In this document: positions 18,336 through 28,408 of the stretch, piece by piece
Layout of the letters: the number at the start of each line of letters is the position of its first letter
Position numbering within the stretch: position 1 is the stretch's first letter
Assembly: GCA_031962025.1 (NCBI GenBank)
Contig: JAVRKW010000003.1
Source of the DNA: Pseudothermotoga sp.
GTDB lineage: Bacteria; Thermotogota; Thermotogae; Thermotogales; DSM-5069
Strand: one strand, 5' to 3'
DNA: 64,000 nt
The notes under the pieces: model-generated
What the model was told of the DNA's origin: nothing
What the model saw: the letters and a program-made list of their open reading frames with translations, nothing else
Databases searched by the model: none
Program-made: the position numbers and the translations under genes

Positions 18336-19442
18336 TTGAGAATTCTCGGTTTGATTCTCGCCGGAGGGCAGAGTGAAGCACTCGGTCCACTTGTTTCAAA
18401 ACGGGCAAGTGCAGCCTTACCTGTTTTTGGTAAATACCGTGCCATTGATTTTACACTGAGCAATATGGTCAATGCGGGAATCAGAAAGGTAGGAGTTTTG
18501 ACTCAGTACAATCCAAGAAGTCTTATGGATCACCTCGGTTCTGGTAAAGAATGGGATCTGGACAGGAAAAACGGGGGATTGTTCCTGCTGCAACCTTATG
18601 TCAGTCAAGAGGGATATTACTGGTACAAAGGGACTGCCGATGCCATCTTTCAGAATATGACACTGCTCAGAAGAGGCGAAGAAGATTATGTTTTGATTGG
18701 CTCCGGTGATCACATATACAAAATAGATTTTTCAAAGGTCTTTGAATTTCATATCTCAACCGGTGCAGATATAACCTTACTGGTCAAAGAGCTCGATGAG
18801 ACTTACAACTTATCGCAGTATGGAATAGTTGAAATGTCTTCAAACAGAATTGTGAATATCGAGGAAAAACCCAGCAACCCCAGGACAAACATTGGTTTTC
18901 TTGGAATCTATTTCATGAACAAATACCTTCTGATGGAGCTTCTTTACAACTATGCGACCAGAGGTGAAACAGACCTTCTGAGTATTGTCATATCTCAACT
19001 GGACAGGCTGAAAGTCTATGGGTATCTCTTCAATGGTTACTGGAGAAATGTGAAAAAAGGAATAGCCGAATATTTCCGCATAAACATGGATGGTTTGAAA
19101 AAGGAAGTGCGTGAGGAACTGTTCTACAGACATGGCAAGATTTACACAAAACTGAAAGACCTGCCACCACCGAAAATCGGTGGAGCAGCAGTTGTGAAAA
19201 ATTCCATAGTTTCAGATGGATGCATTGTCAATGGAAATGTGGAAAATTCCATATTGTTCAGGGGCGTGTATGTGAAAGCCGGTGCCATAGTGGAAAATTC
19301 CATCATTATGCAGGATACCGTTATTGAGGAAGGAGCCATTGTAAAAAACGCAATTCTGGACAAAGAAGTTCTCATAAGGCAGGAAGCACGGCTTGTTGGC
19401 AAGGATTCCATAGCTGTTCTGGAGAAAAGGGCAGTCCTATGA
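18336..19442 (+). CDS. glgD: Glucose-1-phosphate adenylyltransferase subunit GlgD
   Basis: RASAALPVFGKYRAIDFTLSNMVN, RSLMDHLGSGKEWDLDRK; degenerate GGxGxRL motif. Confidence 0.9.
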   Translation: MRILGLILAGGQSEALGPLVSKRASAALPVFGKYRAIDFTLSNMVNAGIRKVGVLTQYNPRSLMDHLGSGKEWDLDRKNGGLFLLQPYVSQEGYYWYKGTADAIFQNMTLLRRGEEDYVLIGSGDHIYKIDFSKVFEFHISTGADITLLVKELDETYNLSQYGIVEMSSNRIVNIEEKPSNPRTNIGFLGIYFMNKYLLMELLYNYATRGETDLLSIVISQLDRLKVYGYLFNGYWRNVKKGIAEYFRINMDGLKKEVREELFYRHGKIYTKLKDLPPPKIGGAAVVKNSIVSDGCIVNGNVENSILFRGVYVKAGAIVENSIIMQDTVIEEGAIVKNAILDKEVLIRQEARLVGKDSIAVLEKRAVL

Positions 19443-19452
19443 GGTGGTTTGA

Positions 19453-20715
19453 ATGAGAAATGTACTTGCGCTCATTCTGGCTGGAGGTCACGGAAAAAGG
19501 CTTGGAGTTCTCACCGAGAAGATTGCAAAGCCAGCGGTGCCATTTGGTGGTAAGTACAGATTGATCGATTTCACTTTGAGCAACTGTGTGAATTCCGGGA
19601 TCTATCAGGTAGGCGTGCTCACACAGTATCGTCCACACCTTTTGAACAATCACATCAACATCGGTAGACCATGGGATCTGGACAGGAAAAAAGGCGGAGT
19701 AACGATATTGCCACCGTATTTAGGTGGTGTAGCGGGCTGGTATAAGGGCACGGCAAATGCCGTTTATCAAAACATTGAGTATGTAGATTCATTCAACCCA
19801 GATTTTGTGATAATTCTTTCTGGTGACCACGTTTACGCGATGGATTACAATGACATCATTGATTTTCATATATTGAAAGGTGCACAAGGCACGATAGCCT
19901 GTATGGAAGTTCCAATAGAAGAAGCCAGTAGATTTGGCATCATGATAACAAATCTGGAGCACAAAATAATCGATTTTGAAGAAAAACCAGCTCAACCGCG
20001 GTCAAATCTCGCATCACTTGGGATATACGTTTTTAACTGGAATTTTCTCAAAGAATATCTGATCGAAGATGAAAAAGATCAGTCGAGCACACACGATTTT
20101 GGTCATGATGTAATACCAAAGATGATTCAGGATGGCAGGCAGATATACGCTTACAGATTCAGCGGTTACTGGAGAGATGTTGGAACGATTAAATCATACT
20201 GGGAGAGCAATCTGGAGTTGACAAGACCTATTCCACCTCTCAATCTGTACGATCGTCACTGGCGTTTCTACACACAAACCGAAGAAATGCCACCTGCCTA
20301 CTGTGCACCATCATCAAAAATTGTCAATTCAATTATCAGTGAGGGTTGCGAGATCTACGGAACTGTTGAAAACAGTGTAATCTTTCAGGGAGTGTACATC
20401 GGTGAGAATACAGTCGTCAAGAACAGCGTCATAATGACAGGAACTTGTGTGGAAAAAGAATGTTTGATCCTGGATGCCATTTTGGCAGAACGTGTAATTG
20501 TACAGGATCATGTCGTAATAGGTCAGGGCGATCCCGCACCCAGTCGACTGGATAAAGAGATCTACAGCGATCATATAACTGTAATAGGTATGTATTCACA
20601 GATACCAGCCGGTGTTGTCATAGGGAAAAACTGTGTGGTTGGAATTGGTGTGACGCATCAGGACTTTGAATCGTCCCTGATAGAATCAGGTGGATATGTA
20701 ATCCACAAGGGGTGA
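19453..20715 (+). CDS. glgC: Glucose-1-phosphate adenylyltransferase
   Basis: [47 protein letters not shown]. Confidence 0.96.
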   Translation: MRNVLALILAGGHGKRLGVLTEKIAKPAVPFGGKYRLIDFTLSNCVNSGIYQVGVLTQYRPHLLNNHINIGRPWDLDRKKGGVTILPPYLGGVAGWYKGTANAVYQNIEYVDSFNPDFVIILSGDHVYAMDYNDIIDFHILKGAQGTIACMEVPIEEASRFGIMITNLEHKIIDFEEKPAQPRSNLASLGIYVFNWNFLKEYLIEDEKDQSSTHDFGHDVIPKMIQDGRQIYAYRFSGYWRDVGTIKSYWESNLELTRPIPPLNLYDRHWRFYTQTEEMPPAYCAPSSKIVNSIISEGCEIYGTVENSVIFQGVYIGENTVVKNSVIMTGTCVEKECLILDAILAERVIVQDHVVIGQGDPAPSRLDKEIYSDHITVIGMYSQIPAGVVIGKNCVVGIGVTHQDFESSLIESGGYVIHKG

Positions 20716-20721
20716 ACTGTT

Positions 20722-21765
20722 TTGGATTTTTACTTTGTAAAGTATCGCCTGAAGAGTCGTGTCACGGCGGAAGAAGGTATTGGGTTTTTCTTTGGGAAAG
20801 CCAATGAACAGCCTGAATACGATCTAATAGTTCTTCCAAGCAGGTATTCAAGTTATCTGAATCTGGATCTTTCTCTTGAATATGCAAAATTCACTAAAGC
20901 CTTTGGTGAGATGAAGAATAAAATCTTCGCTCAAATTCCAGAGAGTGCTGACCTGTCACGTGAGTTTCTCAATTACCTTTCAAGCTACATCTCAAGAAAA
21001 GGCGCTCAGATCTTCGGCGCTGAAATCACCGCGGCAGTCCGGGACAACGACGCAGATCTTGTTTTGTATATCATCTCTGAGATATTCAAAGAATGGGCAC
21101 CAAAGATCGATGTTACCGTTGATTTCAAACAGGTGAGTTATGAAGAAATTTCCGCAGAGAATTTCATGCAACTGTGGGAGCAATTTGACGATGATGGACT
21201 GGTTGAAGTTCTCAAAAGACCTGATATATCAGATCTTCCGGAAATTTTTCCCCTTGTAGATCCGATAAAGGGAAGAACTCTTGTCGATTTTGAACTGGGC
21301 GATCCGCTGTTTTTTGTTGTTCTCAACGTGAGAAACCCGGATAATTTAGAGAAACTGAAAAATCTCTATCCAAAACATTTTTCAGATAAAGGTAACATCA
21401 TACCGCTGTCTGGAATTCTTATGGGCAAGGAATTGTTGAGAGGCAAAAAACAGGAATACTTTTTGATAAAGGTTGATATGGGTGAGGGAATAATAGCCAG
21501 AGGTATTGTTCCAAAATCTGTGAAGATCATGTCAGAGATGAACAGATTTCAGGAAAAGGTCAATTCTATGCAACAGCAGAAGTGGGAAGAGAAGATATCT
21601 GAGATGGTTCAGGCTGGTGAGCCGGTGAAAACTGCAAAAGCAGAATCGCGCCCGGCAAAGGCTTCGTATGAATCAAGCGGCTCTGATTTTCTCCTTGCTT
21701 TTTTGATGACCCTGATGGTCCTTGGTATAATACTCATAGCATCGTACTTTTTTACGCAATTTTGA
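20722..21765 (+). CDS. Hypothetical protein with C-terminal membrane anchor
   Basis: 347 aa ORF in the operon, with SD and a C-terminal hydrophobic helix. Confidence 0.75.
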   Translation: MDFYFVKYRLKSRVTAEEGIGFFFGKANEQPEYDLIVLPSRYSSYLNLDLSLEYAKFTKAFGEMKNKIFAQIPESADLSREFLNYLSSYISRKGAQIFGAEITAAVRDNDADLVLYIISEIFKEWAPKIDVTVDFKQVSYEEISAENFMQLWEQFDDDGLVEVLKRPDISDLPEIFPLVDPIKGRTLVDFELGDPLFFVVLNVRNPDNLEKLKNLYPKHFSDKGNIIPLSGILMGKELLRGKKQEYFLIKVDMGEGIIARGIVPKSVKIMSEMNRFQEKVNSMQQQKWEEKISEMVQAGEPVKTAKAESRPAKASYESSGSDFLLAFLMTLMVLGIILIASYFFTQF

Positions 21766-21780
21766 TCGAGGTATATTTAT

Positions 21781-22065
21781 ATGAAAGGATTTCTGATTTT
21801 GGATATGATCGTCGGGCTTTTGCTGATAAATCTAATAGCATTGATAGCTTTTTCGATGGTTTCACAACAAAAAACCATCATGAGAAAAGCGTACGAAGTG
21901 GATTTATCAAAGCGCACGGTGATCAACATTTTAGCCAGAAAAACTGTTGATGCCCAAATTCCAGAACGGTTAAACGGTTTTGATATAAAATCTTTGGGTG
22001 GTAATATTGATTTAGAATCTGACCAGAAGATATATGTCTATCGAATCGGAGATGATAAGAATTGA
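21781..22065 (+). CDS. Small prepilin/pseudopilin-like protein
   Basis: MKG|FLILDMIVGLLLINLIALIAF resembles a class III signal (G|FxxxE), with Asp at +5. Confidence 0.6.
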   Translation: MKGFLILDMIVGLLLINLIALIAFSMVSQQKTIMRKAYEVDLSKRTVINILARKTVDAQIPERLNGFDIKSLGGNIDLESDQKIYVYRIGDDKN

Positions 22066-22967
22066 TACTCAGAGCATCGGTTGGAACATTGTACAAGCTT
22101 GGGTTGCGCAAGGGAAAAGCACCAGAACTGAAAACAGCTTATTTGATGCTCGATGGGAAATGCCAGTTCAACTGTCTGTACTGCACACATGCCCTGATGT
22201 CCAGAACCGATCATAGATTTTTGAGCCGCGTAGTTTGGGAAGAAATTCACATTAATCAAATCATAGAATCCATAAAGACCAGCGATCTAAGCAGAGTCTG
22301 TGTTCAGACTGTTTCATACAAAGGTTATCGTCAGGATTTGAAAAGTCTTTTGACTGAACTTAGAAAGACCGAAAAATCTATTTCCATCTCTGTACGCGCA
22401 GAGAATATTGATGAAGTCAGGGAATACTTTGATCTTGGTGCAGATAGAATTGGTATTGCCCTGGATGTTGCGAGCGAAAGACTTTTCGCAACGATCAGAG
22501 GTGGGAGTTTTAAAAAGACGATGAAACTGCTTGAAGATTGCTCGCATTTCTTTGCCGGAAAGATTTCAACTCACATAATCGTTGGATTGGGTGAGACTGA
22601 CAGGGAAGTTGTCGAACTCATGAAAAAAATGCACGAACTTGGTATTCAGACAGCTTTGTTTGCTTTCACGCCGATGAAGGGAACGATCCTTTCCTCTGCT
22701 GAAAGACCCCCGATTGAGAGATATAGAAGGATTCAATTGGCACGTTATTTGATATTCACTGACAGGGCAGATCTCATCATTTTAAAAGCGAATCAAATAA
22801 TCGGTTTTAAGCAAATTCCGCCTGATGCCAACAATGCTTTACTGACAAGTGGATGTCCTGACTGTTCAAGACCGTATTACAACGAAAGACCCAGTGAAGA
22901 ACTCTATAACATACATTCGAAGGAGTTTCTCAAAAATGTCGATCTGTTGCGGGAGGTGAAATGGTGA
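22062..22967 (+). CDS. Radical SAM protein, biotin-synthase-related / LipS2-like
   Basis: CQFNCLYC, THIIVGLGET, C-terminal TSGCPDCSRPYYNERP. Confidence 0.8.
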   Translation: MILRASVGTLYKLGLRKGKAPELKTAYLMLDGKCQFNCLYCTHALMSRTDHRFLSRVVWEEIHINQIIESIKTSDLSRVCVQTVSYKGYRQDLKSLLTELRKTEKSISISVRAENIDEVREYFDLGADRIGIALDVASERLFATIRGGSFKKTMKLLEDCSHFFAGKISTHIIVGLGETDREVVELMKKMHELGIQTALFAFTPMKGTILSSAERPPIERYRRIQLARYLIFTDRADLIILKANQIIGFKQIPPDANNALLTSGCPDCSRPYYNERPSEELYNIHSKEFLKNVDLLREVKW

Positions 22968-24277
22968 GGTTGCTGAGCTTTAAAGGAGGTATCCACCCAC
23001 CTGAAAAAAAAGAACTGGCTAAGGAGTCAAAATTAGTCTATCTTGAACCGTCGGAAGTAGTCTATGTCTTTCTTTCCAACCACGCTGGAGCACCTGCAAA
23101 ATGCGTTGTGAAAGAAAATGACCAGGTTAGAACAGGACAGGTGATCGGAGAGCCCGCTGGCTTCATATCAGCCTATGTCCACTCTCCGGTGACTGGTATC
23201 GTAAAAAAGATAGACAAGATTTATCATCCTTTACAGGGTAGACCAATGGATGCGGTAGTCATACAAAAAACCTCCGATGATGAATGGCAGTATCTGGAAC
23301 ATCCAGATTGGGTGAATCTTGGTAAAGAACAGCTTCTTGAAATAATCAAAAAAGCCGGGATAGTTGGTCTTGGTGGAGCAATGTTTCCAACTCATGTTAA
23401 GCTCTCACCACCCCCTGACAAAAAAATAGATACCTTCATAGTGAATGCCGCTGAATGTGAGCCATATTTAGCGATCGATTACAGATTGATGCTCGAGAAA
23501 GCTCAGGATTTGATTCTTGGCATAAAGATAGTCATGAAGATACTTGAAGTTCAAAAGGCATACATCGGTATTGAATCGAATAAAGTGGACGCGTATGAAA
23601 AGTTGAAAGATGCCCTGAGTTCAGATCAAATCGAACTGAAACTCTTAAAGACCAAGTATCCTCAGGGAGCAGAGAAACAGCTCATATACGCTATAACTGG
23701 TAGAAAAGTGCCTGTTGGTGGTCTTCCAATGGATGTCGGTGTTGTGGTACAGAATGTGCAGACTGTTATTGCAATAAAGGAAGCCGTCGTGGACAAAAAG
23801 CCACTTATTCAAAGAGGGTTGACAATAAGTGGAGAAGGCGTGAACAAACCTGTTAACGTTGTGACAAGGATAGGCACCACTGTGGAGGAACTTTTGAAGT
23901 ACGCGGGAGGAATCAAAGAAGAAGCTGAAAGAGTAATTCTCGGTGGTCCGATGACCGGTGTAGCCATAAACAGGCTGGATATACCGATCATGAAAGGCAC
24001 AAGTGGCATCACTGTGCTTTTGAAAGAAAAAGAGTATGTTCAAAAAACATGTATAAGATGTACAAAGTGTGTTTCTGCATGTCCTATGGGATTACAACCG
24101 TATCTACTGTATTTACTCAGCAACAAAAAAAGATACGATGATGCTGTTCAGGAAGGTCTTATGGCTTGTATTGAATGTGGCTCATGCGCCTATGTGTGTC
24201 CTTCAAAAATAGACCATGTACGGGCTATAAAACTTGCCAAGAAGGTCTATCAGGCTCTGAGGGGTGGTAAGAAATGA
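22961..24277 (+). CDS. rnfC: Rnf electron transport complex subunit C
   Basis: FKGGIHPP, GIVGLGGAMFPTHVKL, NAAECEPYL, two 4Fe-4S motifs. Confidence 0.96.
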   Translation: MVRLLSFKGGIHPPEKKELAKESKLVYLEPSEVVYVFLSNHAGAPAKCVVKENDQVRTGQVIGEPAGFISAYVHSPVTGIVKKIDKIYHPLQGRPMDAVVIQKTSDDEWQYLEHPDWVNLGKEQLLEIIKKAGIVGLGGAMFPTHVKLSPPPDKKIDTFIVNAAECEPYLAIDYRLMLEKAQDLILGIKIVMKILEVQKAYIGIESNKVDAYEKLKDALSSDQIELKLLKTKYPQGAEKQLIYAITGRKVPVGGLPMDVGVVVQNVQTVIAIKEAVVDKKPLIQRGLTISGEGVNKPVNVVTRIGTTVEELLKYAGGIKEEAERVILGGPMTGVAINRLDIPIMKGTSGITVLLKEKEYVQKTCIRCTKCVSACPMGLQPYLLYLLSNKKRYDDAVQEGLMACIECGSCAYVCPSKIDHVRAIKLAKKVYQALRGGKK

Positions 24278-25248
24278 AATTGATCACCAAAGATGCACCA
24301 CACATAAGAAGCGAAGATAGTGTGAGAAGTATCATGATCGATGTTTTGATTGCTCTTGGTCCTGCTGTTGCTGGATCAGTTCTGTTTTTTGGATGGTATG
24401 CACTGTTTTTGTGCCTTTTTGGGGCATTCGCTGCTGAAATGATTGAGTGGTTCATAGTCAAAGTTCTCAGAAAGCAGAAAGAATTCGTGCCGGATTTTAG
24501 TGCCGCAGTAACGGGACTTTTGCTTGCGATGAATCTTCCACCGACTGCTCCATGGTGGCTTTTGCTGATCGGTGTAGTGGTGGCAATAGGTATTGCAAAG
24601 CAAGCCTTTGGCGGTATCGGTCAAAATATATTCAACCCGGCACTTGTTGGAAGAGTTTTTCTTTTGATTTCGTTTCCAACGCTTATGACAAGATGGATTG
24701 ATCCATTGATGTCTTTCTCAAAATCTCCATGGGATGTATTGACTTCAGCCACTCCGCTTGGTGTCTTAAAACAGCAGGGATTGTCGCATGCTATGAGCAG
24801 ATTCAGTTATACAGACCTTTTCTTTGGCAACATAGGTGGATGTGTAGGTGAAACCAGTGCACTCTTATTGATAATTGGATTTATTTATCTGTTGTACAGA
24901 AGAAGAGTTAACCCTGTAATACCTTTATCGTACATAGGAACTGTCTTTCTCTTTTCAGGTCTTTTCTATTTCATAAATGCCGACAGATTTGGCACACCTT
25001 TGTTCCATATTCTGAGTGGCGGACTTTTTCTCGGTGCCCTGTTCATGGCTACAGATATGGTCACAAGTCCTATGACTTTGAAAGGTCAAGCTGTTTTTGG
25101 TCTGGGGTGCGGCATTGTCACAATGATAATAAGGTACTTCGCTGGCTATCCAGAAGGTGTTTCTCTGGCAATACTTTTGATGAATGCTCTGACTCCTTTG
25201 ATAGACCGCGCCTTCAAACCAAAGATCTTTGGTGAGGTGAGATCATGA
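24274..25248 (+). CDS. rnfD: Rnf subunit D
   Basis: FGGIGQNIFNPALVGR, SATPL FMN site, FMATDMVTSP. Confidence 0.95.
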   Translation: MKLITKDAPHIRSEDSVRSIMIDVLIALGPAVAGSVLFFGWYALFLCLFGAFAAEMIEWFIVKVLRKQKEFVPDFSAAVTGLLLAMNLPPTAPWWLLLIGVVVAIGIAKQAFGGIGQNIFNPALVGRVFLLISFPTLMTRWIDPLMSFSKSPWDVLTSATPLGVLKQQGLSHAMSRFSYTDLFFGNIGGCVGETSALLLIIGFIYLLYRRRVNPVIPLSYIGTVFLFSGLFYFINADRFGTPLFHILSGGLFLGALFMATDMVTSPMTLKGQAVFGLGCGIVTMIIRYFAGYPEGVSLAILLMNALTPLIDRAFKPKIFGEVRS

Positions 25249-25913
25249 GAGAATATATAAAAATGGGATTGATTCTACTTTTATACTGCGCTTTGGCTGG
25301 TTTTGCGCTCGGTCTGGTTTATACGGTCACAAAAGATCGTATCGCTTTGGCAGAGCTTGACAAGAAATTTCAAGCCATAGAAGCGGTATTGAAAGATGAA
25401 AGTGGGCAATATATTGTACCCCTACAGAAAATCAAAGCAGTTGTCTCTCAAACAAAAGGCGAAACAAAGGTGGTCTTTGAAGACGGCAAGGGAAAAGTAT
25501 ATTCACCTGTGTATCAATTTGAATCTGATGCTGGGACAGTTTATGTGTTGAGTGGTTCGGCTGTGGGATATGGAGGAGCAGTTTCTGTTGTAGCGAGTTT
25601 CATAAGAAAAGCCGATGGCTTTGAACTTTTCTCGATCCGCGTGACAGATTATTCGCAGGAAACACCTGGTCTTGGGGCAAAAATAGGTGAAGAGGAGATT
25701 CAGAAAAGATTCTATCCGATTGAACCATCTGCACTTGAAAATGGACTTCGCGTTGATAAAGATGCCAACATGTCAGACCTTTCAGCACAGGAAGCTAAAG
25801 CAAAGGGAGTGGTGAAGGTCAGCGATGTGATGACTGGTGCGACAATCACTCCAAGAGCAGTTGTAAATGCAATCAATTCCATGCTCTCTTATTTGAAATC
25901 GGGGGTGAAATGA
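25245..25913 (+). CDS. rnfG: Rnf subunit G
   Basis: GYGG, ETPGLGAKI, TGATIT FMN site. Confidence 0.92.
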   Translation: MREYIKMGLILLLYCALAGFALGLVYTVTKDRIALAELDKKFQAIEAVLKDESGQYIVPLQKIKAVVSQTKGETKVVFEDGKGKVYSPVYQFESDAGTVYVLSGSAVGYGGAVSVVASFIRKADGFELFSIRVTDYSQETPGLGAKIGEEEIQKRFYPIEPSALENGLRVDKDANMSDLSAQEAKAKGVVKVSDVMTGATITPRAVVNAINSMLSYLKSGVK

Positions 25914-26521
25914 TGAGCCAACTGAAAGAACTCACGAAAGGTTTTTTCAAAGAAAACCCCACCTATGTTCAGGTTCTTGGAATGTGTCCGACTCTTGCGG
26001 TTACAACGAGTGCAATCAACGGACTTGGAATGGGACTTGCCGCAACAAGCGTGCTGGCTCTGTCAAATGTGGTGATTTCTTCGATAAGAAAAAGCGTACC
26101 CAAAAATCTCAGAATACCAATTTTCATAACTGTCATAGCAACCTTTGTCACCATCCTTGATCTACTGATGCACGCTTTTATCTATGATCTGTGGAAAACG
26201 CTTGGGCTTTTCATACCGCTCATAGTGGTTAACTGCATAATCATGGGACGTGCCGAGGCATTTGCTTCAAAAAATGGTGTATTCGCTTCTTTTCTCGATG
26301 GAGTTGGTGTCGGTCTTGGATTTACAGGGTCCTTAGTTCTTTTGGGCAGTATCAGAGAGCTTCTTGGTAATGGAACCATCTTCGGGTTGAAGCTTTGGGG
26401 CAAAGCTTTCAACGTTTTTGCCATGATATTACCCCCCGGTGGTTATATGACCCTCGGTCTTCTGGCTGCGTTCTTTGCCTTTATAGGAATGAAACGCAAA
26501 AGTAGGGGTGAGCAGAAATGA
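25910..26521 (+). CDS. rnfE: Rnf subunit E
   Basis: LGMCPTLAVT, FIPLIVVNCIIMGRAEAFA. Confidence 0.95.
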   Translation: MMSQLKELTKGFFKENPTYVQVLGMCPTLAVTTSAINGLGMGLAATSVLALSNVVISSIRKSVPKNLRIPIFITVIATFVTILDLLMHAFIYDLWKTLGLFIPLIVVNCIIMGRAEAFASKNGVFASFLDGVGVGLGFTGSLVLLGSIRELLGNGTIFGLKLWGKAFNVFAMILPPGGYMTLGLLAAFFAFIGMKRKSRGEQK

Positions 26522-27093
26522 GAGTTTTTCTGATACTGTTTTCCGCACTTTTGGTCAATAACTACGTTTTTATACGATTTCTGGGGATATGTCCGTTCCT
26601 TGGTGTCTCCAAGAAAATGGACACGGCAGTTGGTATGGGATTTGCAGCTACATTCGTGCTCGTCATGTCGTCGGTGATCACATGGCTTGTGAATAAATTG
26701 CTCGTGGCAATGGGAGTTGCATTTTTGCAGATCGTGGTCTTTATACTTGTGATAGCAACCTTTGTGCAGTTTGTTGAGTTTTTTCTCAAAAAGAACAGCC
26801 CGGGGCTTTACGAAGCGCTTGGGATTTACCTGCCATTGATCACCACAAACTGTATCATCCTTGGAGTTGCATTGCTAAACGCACAGGCAAATTACTCGCT
26901 ACTACAAGCTGTTTCACATGCACTTGGTGCTGGACTTGGATTTTTACTTGCCCTGGTCATCTTTGCCGGGATCAGAGAGAGGCTCGAGCTGTATGACCTT
27001 CCCAAACCTTTTGAAGGATTACCGATAGCGCTGATACTCGCTTCCATAATCTCAATGGCTTTCATGGGCTTTCAGGGTTTGATAAAAATGTGA
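26518..27093 (+). CDS. rnfA: Rnf subunit A
   Basis: FLGICPFLGVSKK, YLPLITTNCIILG. Confidence 0.95.
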   Translation: MRVFLILFSALLVNNYVFIRFLGICPFLGVSKKMDTAVGMGFAATFVLVMSSVITWLVNKLLVAMGVAFLQIVVFILVIATFVQFVEFFLKKNSPGLYEALGIYLPLITTNCIILGVALLNAQANYSLLQAVSHALGAGLGFLLALVIFAGIRERLELYDLPKPFEGLPIALILASIISMAFMGFQGLIKM

Positions 27094-27104
27094 GGTGATA
27101 GAGA

Positions 27105-27392
27105 ATGACTATTCTTTATTCGACTCTGTTGCTGACAGTACTTGGTTTTGCCTTTGGTACCTTTTTGGCATATTCTGCGAAAAAATTCGAGGTGAAAGAA
27201 GATCCCAGGGTCGAAATGATAAAGCAGGTTCTTTCTGGTGCCAATTGCGGTGCCTGTGGATATGCTGGCTGTGAAGCCTATGCAAAAGCTGTAGTTGCTG
27301 GCAAGGCATCATACGATATGTGCATACCCGGCAGACCATCCGGGGTTGCAGATAAAATAAAGGAGATCATGCAGAGAAATGAATCCAATTGA
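27105..27392 (+). CDS. rnfB: Rnf subunit B, short form
   Basis: N-terminal TM helix and VKEDPRV...GANCGACGYAGC...C; ends at 95 aa. Confidence 0.85.
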   Translation: MTILYSTLLLTVLGFAFGTFLAYSAKKFEVKEDPRVEMIKQVLSGANCGACGYAGCEAYAKAVVAGKASYDMCIPGRPSGVADKIKEIMQRNESN

Positions 27393-28395
27393 GATCTTTG
27401 CACTTTCTTTTTTTGGAAAACTCTCGATCGAGCAGATTGAACAGGCTATTTTAAAATTCAGCCGTGTTGATGAAATACTGAAAGCAGATTTCATTCAAGG
27501 ATATGAAAGATTCAAAGCACATTACGATGAAAAATTTCTATTTGATCAGGAAAAAAGAGCTGAAAAAATCGGTGCAAAGATAGTAGATTTCTGGAGTAAA
27601 GATTATCCTGAGCTTTTGAGACAGTCTATTTCTCCGCCTGCTGTTTTGTTCTGTCTTGGCGATGTGAGCCTATTGAACAGAACCTGCACAGCAGTTGTTG
27701 GCACAAGACGTGCAACCGGCTATGGGAAACTCGTGGTGAAAAAAATCGTACCTGATATGGTACACGCAGATCTTGTAATAGTGAGCGGTATGGCATTTGG
27801 CATTGACAGCCTTGCTCATCAGAGTGCGATCGAGAACAACGGCAAGACAGTGGCTGTACTCGGAACCGGTGTAGATGTGTGTTATCCATCTTCTAACAAA
27901 AGACTCTACGGTGAAATACGCGAAAATGGGTGCATTGTCAGTGAATATCCTTTTGGTACAAAAGCGGCTAAGCAGAATTTTCCGGCAAGAAACAGGATAA
28001 TTGCCGGTCTTTGCAGAGCAACAGTTGTCGTTGAAGCACCGCTGGACAGTGGAGCCATGATCACCGCACGATTGGCTGCAGAGATGGGAAGAGATGTCTT
28101 TGCAGTGCCGGCGGATATAGACAGAGAAATGAGCCAGGGATGTAACTGGCTTTTGAAAATGGGCGCAATCCCGCTGACTGATTCTTCCCAGATACTCGAA
28201 TACTACGGGATAAAATCCACAAAAAACCAAGAGCAGGACGATTTTTTGAAAATTTTCAATCAGGGACCTTTGCTGGCAGAGCAGGTCGCAGATAAGATGA
28301 ATTTAGAACTTTCACAGGTTCTGTCGAAATTGACGGAATACGAACTGAAAGGTCTGATCATGAAGTTGCCAACTGGGCATTACAATAGAGTTTAG
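27379..28395 (+). CDS. dprA: DNA-processing protein DprA
   Basis: [38 protein letters not shown]. Confidence 0.95.
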   Translation: MNPIEIFALSFFGKLSIEQIEQAILKFSRVDEILKADFIQGYERFKAHYDEKFLFDQEKRAEKIGAKIVDFWSKDYPELLRQSISPPAVLFCLGDVSLLNRTCTAVVGTRRATGYGKLVVKKIVPDMVHADLVIVSGMAFGIDSLAHQSAIENNGKTVAVLGTGVDVCYPSSNKRLYGEIRENGCIVSEYPFGTKAAKQNFPARNRIIAGLCRATVVVEAPLDSGAMITARLAAEMGRDVFAVPADIDREMSQGCNWLLKMGAIPLTDSSQILEYYGIKSTKNQEQDDFLKIFNQGPLLAEQVADKMNLELSQVLSKLTEYELKGLIMKLPTGHYNRV

Positions 28396-28408
28396 AGGAG
28401 GGAATTCT

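Noticed and set aside
27091..27107. rnfA-rnfB readthrough fusion
   Set aside because: The 11-nt gap puts them out of frame, and rnfB has its own SD (GAGGTG).
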